Shown here: positions 19,604 to 30,553 of the stretch, in pieces
How the letters are laid out: the number at the start of each line of letters is the position of its first letter
How positions within the stretch are numbered: position 1 is the stretch's first letter
Origin: Dehalococcoidia bacterium
GTDB lineage: Bacteria > Chloroflexota > Dehalococcoidia > GIF9 > AB-539-J10
Direction: 5' to 3'
Assembly (NCBI GenBank): GCA_040766535.1
Contig: JAXGQG010000007.1
Coordinates: forward strand, 11,121 to 75,120
Length of the DNA stretch: 64,000 nt
Notes under the pieces: generated by a model
The model's database searches: none
What the model saw: only the letters and a program-made list of their open reading frames with translations
What the model was told of the DNA's origin: nothing
Position numbers and translations under genes: made by a program

Positions 19604-20690
19604 ATGCTCTCGTTGCTGTTGTACGTTGGAGTGGCCGCTTACGTCGCGTATCAGAAGATGGTCAACCGCCGAGCGTCCACCAAAGGGTCGTCCTGACCGG
19701 CCGTTGCACTGCCTGTTGAGTCCGGGACAGCATGCGTTGCGTGCCCGTCTGGGCACGGTTTGTGTGTCGCGGCGGCTACTTCGTGTGAAGCGTATGGCAC
19801 CATTATTCAAGTAGCATGAAACCACCTGCAACCCGGCCGTGACACCGGCGCGATACGGTTTACAGGTGCGTACATCCTTAAGGCGCTGATTGCCGCTGTG
19901 TCCAGCATCTGGCTGCAACTCACCGGCTCCAACCACGTCTTCGCTTTCACCACGCGCTGCTGAGCGTATCTGATTTCGACGCAGTAGCACCTGCCGTTCG
20001 GTATTCCTACGAGGTCATGAACGCATATCCCCACGATCCTGCCGCGTCTACCCAAGGACTGGGCTCAAGGCCGACGGACGACTGTACGAGGGTCTGGCCG
20101 ACTTAAGCAGGTCAACGCTCCGGCGTGCGGACCTCGAGACGGGAGAGGTGCAGCAATCGGTTGAACTCCACCTCTTCGGGGAAGGCATCGCCGTCTGCGA
20201 GGACCGGCTCTTCAGCTCACCCGGCACGCCGGGATGCCGTGCTTCGGCAAGGACACCCTGTCGACGCCGAGCGTATCGGGGAGTTACCAGTACGACTTCG
20301 AGGCTGGGGGTTCACCTTGTGATGGAGAGCGGCTGGTGATGAGCGATGGACATCACGGCTGTATTTCCGCGACCCCGGGAGTTTCAAAGGTGCACCATTA
20401 TGCCGAGGTGCACGACGGTCGCGCGGTGGTAACGAACCCGAACGAACTGGAGTACATCAACGGCCTTGTGTACGGAACGTCTGGAGGACCGAAGAGATCG
20501 CCGTGATCGAACCCTCCGACGGCCGTGTCGTTGCGTGCGGCTCGACCTAAGCGGTTTGCTGGCTCATCGCCCGGTCGAGGGCCCGGTCGACGTCTCAACG
20601 GCATCGCGTACGACGGGGGTAACGACCGCCTGTTCGTGACCGGCAAGCTATGGCCCTCAAGCAGTTCGAGGTCGCGCTGTTCAGAGAGTG
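19604..20690 (+). pseudogene. glutaminyl-peptide cyclotransferase (glutamine cyclotransferase), multiply frameshifted
   Basis: Fragments YEVMNAYPHDP..TQGL, LFGEGI, LVMSDG, NELEYING, LNGIAYD...LFVTGKLWP; boundaries approximate. Confidence 0.7.
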
Positions 20691-20699
20691 AACCAGCGC

Positions 20700-22312
20700 C
20701 CTTTCCCCGATCTACCCGGCACAGCACCAGCGCCTGACCATTGTCATCCGCATCGGATCGAGGCGATGATTCAGGATCGCATGTCGTTGGGTCATCCGAC
20801 AGCATCACCATGTCGGCCAGCTTCCCGGGTTCGGAGCGAGCCCTCTCGTCGTCGAAAGAGGCGTACCGTGCGCTCCTCTGTGGTGGTACACGCGGTAGGG
20901 CTTCAGGGTGATGCGCCGTCCAACGCCAAGCGGCTGGCCGTCTCGAGTCTTCCGCGTGACGCAACTCTGGATGGCCATCATGGGGTTCCAGGGACCGCAG
21001 GGATAATCAGAACTGCCGCCAATGGGAATCCCCATGTCCAGAAAGGAGCGGTGCGGCAGGAGGGTGGACAGGCGCCGCGCACCGTACGAGCGGGTCTTTC
21101 TTCGCCGTGATAGTAGATATACTCGCCGAACGGGATTCCAACCAGGCCCAGGTGCTTCATCCTGGCGAGCAAATGTCGTTCATCACACTGCAGTGCTCGA
21201 TGCGGTGCCGGTGGTTGGGGCGCGGGTATTGAACCAGGTTTCTCATATGCATCCATGACCATGCTGATGAATCGGTCGCCGCTGGCATGCACACCGATCT
21301 GCAGGCCGTTCCTGTGTGCTTCCAGCACCTGCGCCTCCATCGCCTCCTGTGCGACTCCCAACGACCCCGAAATCATCCTCCGCGCCTTCGTATGGCTCAC
21401 CCAGATACGCGGTGCGGCCGCTCAGGCGCCGTCGCCAAGGAGCTTGATGCCGCCAAGCCGCACTATGTCATCGCCAAAGCCGTCGGCGAGGTGCCCGCGG
21501 CCAGCACTTCCTGTAGATAGTCCACGTAGATGTAGGCAGTCACCCCCGCGGTCAGCTCCTGGTTCTTGCGCGGACTGAAAGGCACGCAGCGCCTGGATCG
21601 GACAGCATCTCGTGCCATCCGGTTATCCCGACGGCCAGCCTCGCGGCATGCGTGGGCGAGCGCCTGCCGGTCCTCGTCGGCCGTCGGCGGCGGTATCAGC
21701 GGCTTCTACCCCGGTACTCTCCCCTGCCGATGAACAGCATCCCCGCCGGTCTCTACATGGCCCGTCCAACTCCCCGGCTTCGTCACGGCCAAGACTGCCA
21801 CCTCATGGATCAGCCAGCTACGAGTTAGCCCGGCGGCCCGAGCGCCGCGCTGTTAAGCATGCCGATGTGACCGCTTGAATGTTCGACAAACACGGGATGC
21901 TCGGTGGTCACCTCATCAAGGTCGGCACGGGTCAGCATCCGGCCATCGCCCACCTTGGCCTCGTCATACCCGAAGGCAACACGCCTGTTCCCGCAGGTTT
22001 GACCACGAATTCGCGCAAGGGACCGTTTCGCGTCGGCCACCGCGCTACCCTATCCGGCCTGGTGATTGGCGCGGAGCAGACTGCGGCGTCCGCATCCGGC
22101 GCGGGTGACAGTGCGCGTCGATGAAACCCGGTACCACCGTGAGTCCGCGGCGTCTATGACCCGAGCAGGGCTTCATCAGCGCTCGTCTTCATCGGCGCCG
22201 CCCACCGCCAGCACCCGGTTGAACTTCAAAGCGACCGCTTCTGCCCGCGGTCTCGTCTGGGTCATCGTTACCACGTTGGCACCGAGTATCACGGTATCAG
22301 CGCTGCATTCAC
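20700..22312 (-). pseudogene. amidohydrolase (YtcJ-like, amidohydro_3), multiply frameshifted
   Basis: Fragments RADLDEVTTEHPVF..HSSGH, QIGVHASGD, GSSDYPC, GKLADMVMLSDDP; boundaries approximate. Confidence 0.7.
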
Positions 22313-22515
22313 CGTTATCTCCCTATCAACTGACCAACACATGTCCGCCGGTGCTCGTCCGCAAGGAGCTACACGCTGAACTGCCTCTACCCACGCCTCC
22401 GGGCGGATCAGGAGAGAGTTCTGATCACCCCCGCTGGCAGCCGCCGTCATTGCTGCTCGGACGTTGCATCGCCCCAGGGCGAGCCAGCGGACCGCGGACT
22501 TCGCATCGGACGTTG

Positions 22516-23229
22516 TCAGCGGCCGGACATCATGCTCCACCACCGACAGCGTTGTCGCTGAGCGAACTGGATCGTTCCGTATCCGGAGTTCATCGTGCCT
22601 CCGGCGATAATGGCAGACACCAGCGCCTGGAAGTTATTCTTGCCACTCATCTTCGCCGTCATGAACGCCATCCCCGCCCGCAGAATATCGCCCATATCCA
22701 CGCCGCCGTCCGACTGAGGTTGGGGTTGCTGTTGCTGCTGGCCTCCTCCCAACAGGGTCCCGAGAAGATCCCCCAGTCCGGGAGAAGCCTGTTGCTGGGG
22801 GGGCTGTGACCCTCCCATCAGCGTCCCCAGCAGACCACCCAGGCCACCCGCTGACTGCTGCTGCGGTACCGGGTGCGCCTGCCCACCCCCGAGGAGCATC
22901 TGAATCAGGTCCAGAGCGTTACCTCGGTTCACCGTCTGCCCCTGGAATTCATTCGCCGCCTGGAACAGCCCTCGCGAGTACATCTGCGCGGAACCACTGG
23001 GGTGCTGACTCAACACATCCGCCGCGTAGGCAAGCTGGTCAGAGGGCGCCGCCCCCTGCGTTTCATTCACTGCCTGGGTGATGGTGCGGAAGGTATCGAC
23101 CATGTTGTCGCCGTGATCGTGATTGAGTTCATCCGCCTGGTTGAGCTCCTGTCTGTTCTGTTGCAGCGTTCCCAGGACGGCCCCGAACAACTGCCCAAGA
23201 TCGATGGATTCCTGCTGTTGATACGCCAT
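22516..23229 (-). CDS. DAK2/DhaL-like N-terminal domain with Gly/Leu-rich repeats; C-terminus probably affected by indels
   Basis: ELNQADELNHDHGDNM; repeats GLGGLLGTLMGG and GLGDLLGTLLGG; RBS GGAGG. Confidence 0.6.
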   Translation of the reverse strand: MAYQQQESIDLGQLFGAVLGTLQQNRQELNQADELNHDHGDNMVDTFRTITQAVNETQGAAPSDQLAYAADVLSQHPSGSAQMYSRGLFQAANEFQGQTVNRGNALDLIQMLLGGGQAHPVPQQQSAGGLGGLLGTLMGGSQPPQQQASPGLGDLLGTLLGGGQQQQQPQPQSDGGVDMGDILRAGMAFMTAKMSGKNNFQALVSAIIAGGTMNSGYGTIQFAQRQRCRWWSMMSGR

Positions 23230-23479
23230 TTGTCCACTGCCTCCTGCCGCTCCGGCGTTGTGGCTGACCACTGCAGCGTGCTGCGGTGCGGGCCTACTGC
23301 GTACTACCATACACCGAAGTACAGGGGTTCACAACGGACGTCGTCTCGCTGTGGTGACACGTAACGAGCGGGATGTCCCAGAGCTTGGCGGTTGCCACTT
23401 TGCGGTGGCATACTTCGCAGTGAGACGTGAACCCTGGTTGTCTGCGCCAGGAGTCTGCGGACTCAACGGAGGGACAGTG

Positions 23480-24691
23480 ATGGCATCTGCGGCGGCGATG
23501 GCGATAGCGGGACACGCGGGCATCGGGCACACGCACTGTCCAGGTGGCCTGATACAGGACGATACTGCCGGTTTCGCCGTGGCGGGCGCCCTCATCAGGG
23601 ACTGTCTGAAAGCCGATACACGGGTGAGGACTGTAGATGTGGATGTGGACCGCAATACCATTCGGGTTACCACCTTCGATGGGGGAGTTGGTGAGTCTTC
23701 GCCACGGCGTGGCGTCACTCCCGCCGAGGCGGAGTTAATGCAGGCGGCAGTGCGGCGCGACGCCCTGCTGTGCCAGTCGGTGGCCATACAGGCGCTTGGC
23801 CGGATGTACGGGCAGGGCGTACTGGAAACGCCGGTGTGTCTCGCTGCCGCTCTTGCGAATGCCGCCCTGGACACGTTTCGGAAGAAGGCTCCGAAGAGTT
23901 TTCATCTCACGGTCGAGAGCGCACCCACCAACTGCGGTTACGTCGGGGGCATGCGTGTCGACCTCGATGGGATCCCCGTTTCAGTACTGGCTACGGTGAA
24001 CGCCTGCACCTCCGGGATCGGGCCGAATGAAGATCTCGAGGGGAATGTGGCCCTCGGCTCCAAGCGCGAACTCATGACACTCCTCGGCATGATGCGCTGT
24101 CCGACGATCGTACTCGAAGGGAAGGCCTACTCGCCGGCGCTCTCTGATTCACTCGAGCTTCCCACGTTTCTCATCCGCGTGAACCGGGACCTTGACAACG
24201 TGGCGGTCGCTGAAGCTTTGTACGAATCTGCCAGGAACCTGAACTACCCCGTCATCTACCGGGATGACGTGTTCCCTCACGAAGAGGGAACACTCCGGCG
24301 CAAAGGAGTGGAGGTAGCCGATTGCATAGCTCGTGCGGCCGAACGCCTGAAGGTGGCCGAGACCGGACCGGAGAAGGTTCGCGTGGTCGCGGAGCTTGCG
24401 GCTCTGGTGAGTCAGGAATGCGGTGGGATGAGCTTCATGACCAACAGGGTGCACGACGTCGTTCGACAGGTAGGGATGATACCGGGTACTTCGGCAGTGC
24501 TCTCACTGCTGGTCACGAAACAGTACCTCGCACACTGGAAGATCCCGCTCCTGGACGACGATGACATCCGCATGATGCTGAACGTCGTACGAGGCGCCGT
24601 ACCCCTGCTTGATTCGCGATTGCCGCAGGCGACTCAGATCGTCGACCGTCTCTATGAGGACGTCGGCCCGCTTGAGTCCACCGGCGAGTAG
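23480..24691 (+). CDS. hypothetical protein, possible metalloenzyme
   Basis: Clean 403-aa ORF; GHAGIGHTH..G.IQDD and GIGPNEDLEGN; RBS GGAGG. Confidence 0.75.
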   Translation: MASAAAMAIAGHAGIGHTHCPGGLIQDDTAGFAVAGALIRDCLKADTRVRTVDVDVDRNTIRVTTFDGGVGESSPRRGVTPAEAELMQAAVRRDALLCQSVAIQALGRMYGQGVLETPVCLAAALANAALDTFRKKAPKSFHLTVESAPTNCGYVGGMRVDLDGIPVSVLATVNACTSGIGPNEDLEGNVALGSKRELMTLLGMMRCPTIVLEGKAYSPALSDSLELPTFLIRVNRDLDNVAVAEALYESARNLNYPVIYRDDVFPHEEGTLRRKGVEVADCIARAAERLKVAETGPEKVRVVAELAALVSQECGGMSFMTNRVHDVVRQVGMIPGTSAVLSLLVTKQYLAHWKIPLLDDDDIRMMLNVVRGAVPLLDSRLPQATQIVDRLYEDVGPLESTGE

Positions 24692-24879
24692 CCATCGCCT
24701 GCTCCCGCACATTGGGGCGATGCCGTTGCGCCAATCCGACTGTACCGCACCGCCGGCAACTCCGGAAAGGCTCCTCCGGTTACCTGCCCAACTCAAACGG
24801 ATGCCTGGTCCCTCTTTGACCTATTCGGCCCGCAGCCTTCGGCGCGTGGCTGCCCCGCCGGTTGTATAATCACCGGTGT

Positions 24880-27186
24880 ATGCACAGAACGGGGTTGGCG
24901 GGAATACCCATCCTGGTAGCCTTGCTCATACTCGCCTGCACGCCGTCCGTTTCCGCTCAGAGCCAGGACCGCCTGCTGGTTGTCGATGCGGCGGGTCTTT
25001 TCGGCGAGCGTCTCGACGATGTTGAGGCCGCGGCCGAAGGCCTGCAATCTCGTGGCGCCGATGTCCGGGTACGCACCGTGTTCACATGTGGCCCCTCGGG
25101 GAATCTCGACCAGTATGAGGCGGACCTCGAGAGCAACAGCCCGTCGTGGCTGGGCGCCGACGGCAATCGCAAGAACAACCTGATCGTGATCCTCATCTGC
25201 CTCGAAGGTGGCGGCCAGACCGGGCTCTTCTACGGCTCGTACTGGGAGTCTGCCCTCGGTAGTTCATGGCATAGTATTCAGGCCGACGTCATGAATCCGA
25301 GATTCCGCGAGGGCGACTACGCCGGAGGGACCGTGGCCGGCCTTGAGGAGATTGAACGTCACATCGACTCGAATGGCGCCGGGGATGGTTCCACGGGGGG
25401 GGCCTCAGCCACGGGCCTTTTTCTGGCAGTTGTTGTCGTCGCAGCCGCACTCATCGCACTGTTCCTCTATACCAGCCGCCGAAAGAGCCAGGCACGGCGT
25501 GCCGGACTCCGCCAGAAGGCGCTCCTTGCCAAACAGGCCGCCGCCGCGGGCATAAACGCGTTGATTGAGACTCTGCAGATGCTCCACATCAAGGTCAATG
25601 TCACGGGCGAGAAGGTGGCTGTTGAGGAGGCCGGAGAATTGCGGACCGCCCTGACCGACGCCCGACGCCTTGTGGACATCAGCTCGATGAGATACAGCGA
25701 ACTCTCGCACAGCGCGGGCGACCCAGATAACCCCAAGCTCGGCGAGGCCGAGCTGGCGGCCATCGAACCCGAATACACCACCATCCTCGAGAACCTGCGC
25801 CAGGCGAGAGACTCGGTCAAGCGAGTGGAGGGAGCAATCGCTGCAGTGCTTGGTCTTATCGATGCCTTCCCTGGCAAGGTCATCGAGGTTGAGTCCGCCA
25901 TCACCCGTGTGGCAGGCCGGCAAGCAGACCTGCGCCGCGAGGGATTCAACACGGCCTACGTCGCCGATCTGCTTGCTCAGGTCACGGTCACTCTGACGCT
26001 GGCTCAGGACCTTGCCGGCAACAAGCGCATCAAGGAAGCGACCGAGTATGTGAGCCGGGCGGGCACACAAGTGCAACAGGCGGCGCAGGCCACCGAGGAA
26101 TTGCCTCTGAGAAAGCAAGAGGCAGAGACCGCAGTGCCTCAACTGGCATCTCGGATATCCCAGGTCAGTGCGAAGGTGGAGCAAGGCCAGGTGCTATTCG
26201 AAGAGCTGTCTCGCAGCTATGCGGAGACCAGCTGGGTGTCCATTCGGGGAAACGGCACAGAAGCGGAGAATCGAGTGACATGGGCGGAGGGTGTCCTGGA
26301 GGATGCCCGTCTCGCTGTCTCGATGGAGCAGCAGGAGTGGCACAAAGCGCTGGAACTGGTTAACCGCGGAAATGGTTGGCTGACGGAGGCTGAATCGCTT
26401 GTAGCCGCTATCTCGGAACTCGACGCCAGCCTCGTCACCGCACGTCGCGATGCACCCGCCGAGATCACAGCCGCGCGCGCCGACATCCAGAAGGCCTGGG
26501 AGTACATCGCCAGATACGACGACGATATCCGGGAAAGCCTCGAAGAAGACCTCCGTACCGCGGAGGGACTGGTTGCCGCGGCGGAAGAGGAGATGAAGCA
26601 AGCGAAGCCGGACTATCTGAGAGTATTCAAGCTGGCTCGAGAAGCCAACGACAACGCCGACCACATACTCGCCCAGGCACGCGATGACCGTGAGGCGGCT
26701 GTCCGTCTACGCGCACGTGCAGCCAGCGCGATGAGGGACGCTGAGGCAGAAGTCGCCATGGTCGAGCGGTATATCCAGGTTCGACACCCCTTCGTACGTG
26801 ACGCGGCGCGCAACCGGCTCACCGATGCCACGGAAGCCCTGAGGCAAGCGAGAGTCACAGCCGAGGCTGGCGCCCAGCTCGAACTGGCCCAGAGGGCTGA
26901 ATCGGCGGCACGCGATGCATACGCGATGGCGCAGCGCGATGTGGACCACAGTTGGGGCGCGTCTCAACCGGTCCCGGGCACTGCCGGCGGGTCGCCGACC
27001 ATGAACATACCCACGATACTCATTCCCACAGGCTGGTCGTCCGGTGGAAGCCGCCCGTGGGGTTCCAGGCCCAGCGGAGCACCGAGGTCGTCCCGCCCAT
27101 CAGGTGGTGGGGGTGGGTCCACCGGCTGGGGTTCGCGCGGTGGGGGCAGGAGCGGAGGCCGCGGCGGTGGCTCCACAGGCTGGTAG
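24880..27186 (+). CDS. TPM-domain membrane protein with a long coiled coil and a Gly-rich tail
   Basis: Signal peptide, VVDAAGLF...MNPRFREGDYAGG (TPM), one TM, long helical region, tail ending GGGSTGW. Confidence 0.8.
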   Translation: MHRTGLAGIPILVALLILACTPSVSAQSQDRLLVVDAAGLFGERLDDVEAAAEGLQSRGADVRVRTVFTCGPSGNLDQYEADLESNSPSWLGADGNRKNNLIVILICLEGGGQTGLFYGSYWESALGSSWHSIQADVMNPRFREGDYAGGTVAGLEEIERHIDSNGAGDGSTGGASATGLFLAVVVVAAALIALFLYTSRRKSQARRAGLRQKALLAKQAAAAGINALIETLQMLHIKVNVTGEKVAVEEAGELRTALTDARRLVDISSMRYSELSHSAGDPDNPKLGEAELAAIEPEYTTILENLRQARDSVKRVEGAIAAVLGLIDAFPGKVIEVESAITRVAGRQADLRREGFNTAYVADLLAQVTVTLTLAQDLAGNKRIKEATEYVSRAGTQVQQAAQATEELPLRKQEAETAVPQLASRISQVSAKVEQGQVLFEELSRSYAETSWVSIRGNGTEAENRVTWAEGVLEDARLAVSMEQQEWHKALELVNRGNGWLTEAESLVAAISELDASLVTARRDAPAEITAARADIQKAWEYIARYDDDIRESLEEDLRTAEGLVAAAEEEMKQAKPDYLRVFKLAREANDNADHILAQARDDREAAVRLRARAASAMRDAEAEVAMVERYIQVRHPFVRDAARNRLTDATEALRQARVTAEAGAQLELAQRAESAARDAYAMAQRDVDHSWGASQPVPGTAGGSPTMNIPTILIPTGWSSGGSRPWGSRPSGAPRSSRPSGGGGGSTGWGSRGGGRSGGRGGGSTGW

Positions 27187-27240
27187 TATCAGAGGCAAGT
27201 GCCGACCACGCGACGGTGCATGGCGGTATAGGAGGGAGAT

Positions 27241-27957
27241 ATGGCAGGATTGTTTGAGAAGGCACGGATCGCCGCGTTGAGCGCGGCACACGCACTACTG
27301 GACAAGACCATTGATCTGAACTCGATCGGTGCGGTCAAGCAGTACGTGAGAGATCTCGAGAAGGCGCTGGAGGATTTGGAGGACGCCACCGCCGCCGCCG
27401 CCGGTCACGTACGTAGCGTCGAGCGCGAAGCGGAACAGATCTCGTACCAGATCGCGGAGTTGAATCAGAATATCGACTTCATTCTGAGCGACGACAAGCC
27501 GGAGAACGACCACCTCGCCACGCCGCTTGAGGCCCGTCTCATCGGACTCGAGCAACGCGTCACCTCCCGCAAAGAAGAGGTTGTGACTGGACAGCAAACC
27601 GCCCAGGCCCTCGCCGAGGCAACGTCCACTCTCCGCGTCCGCTACCAGAACATGGTGCAGCAGATTCAGCGACTGGAGGCGATGGACCGTGCGACGAAGG
27701 CGAAAGAGAGTGCGGTAAAAGCCATACGACAGGCCGGGAAGATCGCTTCGACCGGTGCGGACGTGTCCGTCGATGCCGTTGCTGACCGAATCCAGAGGCG
27801 GGCTGACATCGCCGATGCCAAGTTCGCACAGGTGATGGGCGAGATGCAGTCCGATGTGAAGAAGGACGTGGTGATCGCCCAGGCACAAGCCCGGCTGGAG
27901 CAACGGAAAGCGCGGCTCGCCCTGAGTGCGCCCCAACCGCAGCCAGAGGCCAAGTAG
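27241..27957 (+). CDS. pspA: PspA/IM30 (bacterial ESCRT-III) family protein
   Basis: Amphipathic N-terminus MAGLFEKAR..AHALLDK, KQYVRDLE, all-helical 238 aa, C-terminal ARLEQRKARL; strong RBS. Confidence 0.8.
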   Translation: MAGLFEKARIAALSAAHALLDKTIDLNSIGAVKQYVRDLEKALEDLEDATAAAAGHVRSVEREAEQISYQIAELNQNIDFILSDDKPENDHLATPLEARLIGLEQRVTSRKEEVVTGQQTAQALAEATSTLRVRYQNMVQQIQRLEAMDRATKAKESAVKAIRQAGKIASTGADVSVDAVADRIQRRADIADAKFAQVMGEMQSDVKKDVVIAQAQARLEQRKARLALSAPQPQPEAK

Positions 27958-28237
27958 TCCGTTCGCGGCGAACCAGTGCCGAGGGGGGCTGGCTGATGAG
28001 TATCGCCCGCCCTGCCTGGTTCGCCTGGGATTGGAATTCTCTCGAGCGACTCGGAAAGCATCCGTAGAGCCACTTCGGTTCTGACCGAAGCTGCCTGCGC
28101 CGAGCGGCTGTACGGCGCGTTGCGGCCGGGCTCATGCCAGTTCGGTATCCCATAGCCCCGGGCGACTCCGCGGGCCGCATTTGCCGGGCATCCGGTTGCA
28201 GGCTACAATCCTGTTCCTCAAAAGGTATGCCTTCAGC

Positions 28238-28855
28238 GTGATATCGCATGTAATTGTCAGCATCGGGCTTGGTTTCGCCGCCGGTATTCAGCCTGGCCCG
28301 TTTCAGGCTTTTCTCGTTTCACGGGCTCTCCAGGATGGTTGGCGCCACGCTCTGCCGGCCGCGTTCGCTCCGCTGCTGAGCGACGTTCTCCCGGTCACTC
28401 TCTCCCTGGCGTTGCTCACCAGCCTCCCACGAGGACTTGACAGCATCCTCTCAATGGTGGGCGGCGCTTTCGTCCTCTTCCTTGCCTATGGCGCCTACCG
28501 GTCGTTTCGCAGCTACAGCTTCAACTCCACCACATTGCTTTATTCGCGTCGCCGCAACTTCTTCAAGGCGGTTACCGTCAATCTGCTGAACCCCAATCCC
28601 TACTTATTCTGGAGTCTGGTGATGGGCCCCCTGGTGCTCGCGGCGTGGACGGAGTCAAGTTCGGCAGGAGTGGCGATGGTGGGAGTGTTCTATGGCTCGA
28701 TAGTCGCCACGTCTCTCGCCATCATAGTCGGCATCGCGGGAGTTGGCCGGCTGTTTCCGCGAATCAATCGAGTCCTTCTGGGCCTGTCGGCTCTGGTCAT
28801 GGGCGTCTTTGGGGTCTATCAGCTCTATCACGGGGCCAGTTCCTTGTGGCTGTAA
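28238..28855 (+). CDS. LysE family translocator
   Basis: GIQPGP, VNLLNPNPYLFW, multiple TMs; start approximate. Confidence 0.88.
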   Translation: MISHVIVSIGLGFAAGIQPGPFQAFLVSRALQDGWRHALPAAFAPLLSDVLPVTLSLALLTSLPRGLDSILSMVGGAFVLFLAYGAYRSFRSYSFNSTTLLYSRRRNFFKAVTVNLLNPNPYLFWSLVMGPLVLAAWTESSSAGVAMVGVFYGSIVATSLAIIVGIAGVGRLFPRINRVLLGLSALVMGVFGVYQLYHGASSLWL

Positions 28856-28904
28856 CTTGGTGGCTCCCCTTCTGCACACGACGGCTACCAGGCTGAGGCA
28901 GCTT

Positions 28905-28934
28905 TTGCCAATAGGACAGGCTTCCGCGTACACT
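28905..28934 (+). promoter_or_regulatory. putative sigma70 promoter
   Basis: TTGCCA-N18-TACACT, 9 nt before the ATG at 28944. Confidence 0.5.
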
Positions 28935-28943
28935 TCGTGTAAC

Positions 28944-29474
28944 ATGCAAGCCCCGCTCTCTTCGCCGGTGCCGTTCCGCAAGAGAACATACTCCGGCGCT
29001 GGCGCCGCTGTCCGTGATCTCCTCTTTGTCGCGCGCAGTGGGAGGCGTCTTCGTCAAGCCCGCAGGCAGGGGCTTGTTACGCCCTCCTTTCAGGAACGCC
29101 TCATGATCGCCGTCACCGCCGTAAACGGCTGCCGGTACTGTTCGTACTACCATGCGCGGGAGGCGCTCAAGACGGGGTTGTCCAGGGTTGAGATCGGCCA
29201 GTTACTGTCGGGCTCGGTCTCGAAGTGCCCGGAGAACGAGATGATTGCGCTGCTCTACGCACAGCATTGGGCGGAGAGCGACGCGCGACCCGATGCCGAG
29301 GCTCTCGCCAGACTACGGCAGACATATGGAGAAGAGACATCTGCCGCCATCCACATCGTCTTGCGGATGATCCGCATGGGGAACCTCCTGGGAAACTCGT
29401 GGGATTACCTGGCCTTTCGGTTCAGCCGCGGTCGTTTCGGCGGCGTGGCGGCCGCAAAGGTGCCCGGTGTGTGA
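28944..29474 (+). CDS. carboxymuconolactone decarboxylase / AhpD family protein
   Basis: ERLMIAVTAVNGCRYCSYYH. Confidence 0.88.
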   Translation: MQAPLSSPVPFRKRTYSGAGAAVRDLLFVARSGRRLRQARRQGLVTPSFQERLMIAVTAVNGCRYCSYYHAREALKTGLSRVEIGQLLSGSVSKCPENEMIALLYAQHWAESDARPDAEALARLRQTYGEETSAAIHIVLRMIRMGNLLGNSWDYLAFRFSRGRFGGVAAAKVPGV

Positions 29475-29648
29475 TTTGCGCAGCAACTTCTCAGCGCTCA
29501 CTGCGCAGGGTCTCGACGGCGAGAGCGCTCACCCGCAGCAAGCGGACGGCAGGCGGCGGACTGACGAGCCTATCACGCGTCAGTGGCGGCTGGTTAACGT
29601 GACGGAATCCCTGCAAAAGCATTCTCAGAAAGGAGACAGCGAACGACG

Positions 29649-30318
29649 ATGAACGATCAAGAGAAGGCTGACCTGCGACAGATTCTTGCCGACAAGGCAT
29701 ACCAGATGGGGTTTGAGTACGAGAAGGCATACGGGGGCTGTGGGCAGTGCACGCTCCTGACGCTTCAGGATCTGTTTGGACGGCGCAACGACGACGTCTT
29801 CACTGCGCTGACGGGCATGGCCGGCGGCGCCGGGAGACTCTGTGATGTCGGCTGTGGGGCCTACATGGGCGGCGTCGCCTTCCTCCAGCGGGCTGAGGGG
29901 CAGGTCCATCGATAACATCAAGGACCCAGCTGATATACGCTCGCAGACACATCACCTGGTGCAGAAGCTCCATGCCAGGTTCGTTCAGGAGTACGGCACC
30001 GTCATTTGCCGCGATATGCACATGCGGCTCTTCGGACGGTACTTCTACATGGCAGATCCCGACGAGCGAAAGAAATTCAACGATGCGGGTGCGCACACCA
30101 CCGTGTGCACGAGCGTAGTAGGCAAGGCCTGCCGCTGGGTGGTGGAGATCATCGTCGATGAAGGTCTGCTGCCAGAAGACGCACTTGTGCAAGCAACGCG
30201 GCTGCCGGCACAACTGCCTTCTGACGGACGGGAAGTGAAACCCGAACATCAGGAAACTCGCAGATTCGGGCACGGCCCTTCCGCCACCGCGGGCACGCGG
30301 TTCCATCCCGATTGGTGA
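29649..30318 (+). pseudogene. C_GCAxxG_C_C family redox protein, with one frameshift near 29890
   Basis: YGGCGQC, GCGAYMGG in one frame, then FVQEYGTVICRD, CTSVVGKA in another. Confidence 0.75.
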
Positions 30319-30553
30319 AGGAGCCAACGGCGACATGCCCGACGAGAGAGTTGACTATATGCGCCCTCCTGCTTCGGAGTGAGCGAGCGGCGTCTCAGTC
30401 CGGCCGGTGCGAATCCAGCGCAGCCGAACATCGCTGTTCCCGAAGAGTCGCTGCGCGGCAATCCTTCGCGTTTGCATCCGCGGGGTTTCGCTTCGAGAAA
30501 CGCAACAGGTAGAGTATAGTGATTCTATAACCGCAACCCATGCAGGAGGTGTC

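Noticed and set aside
27040-27186. G-rich tract as a tandem repeat or G-quadruplex element
   Set aside because: Explained by Gly codons in the TPM protein tail
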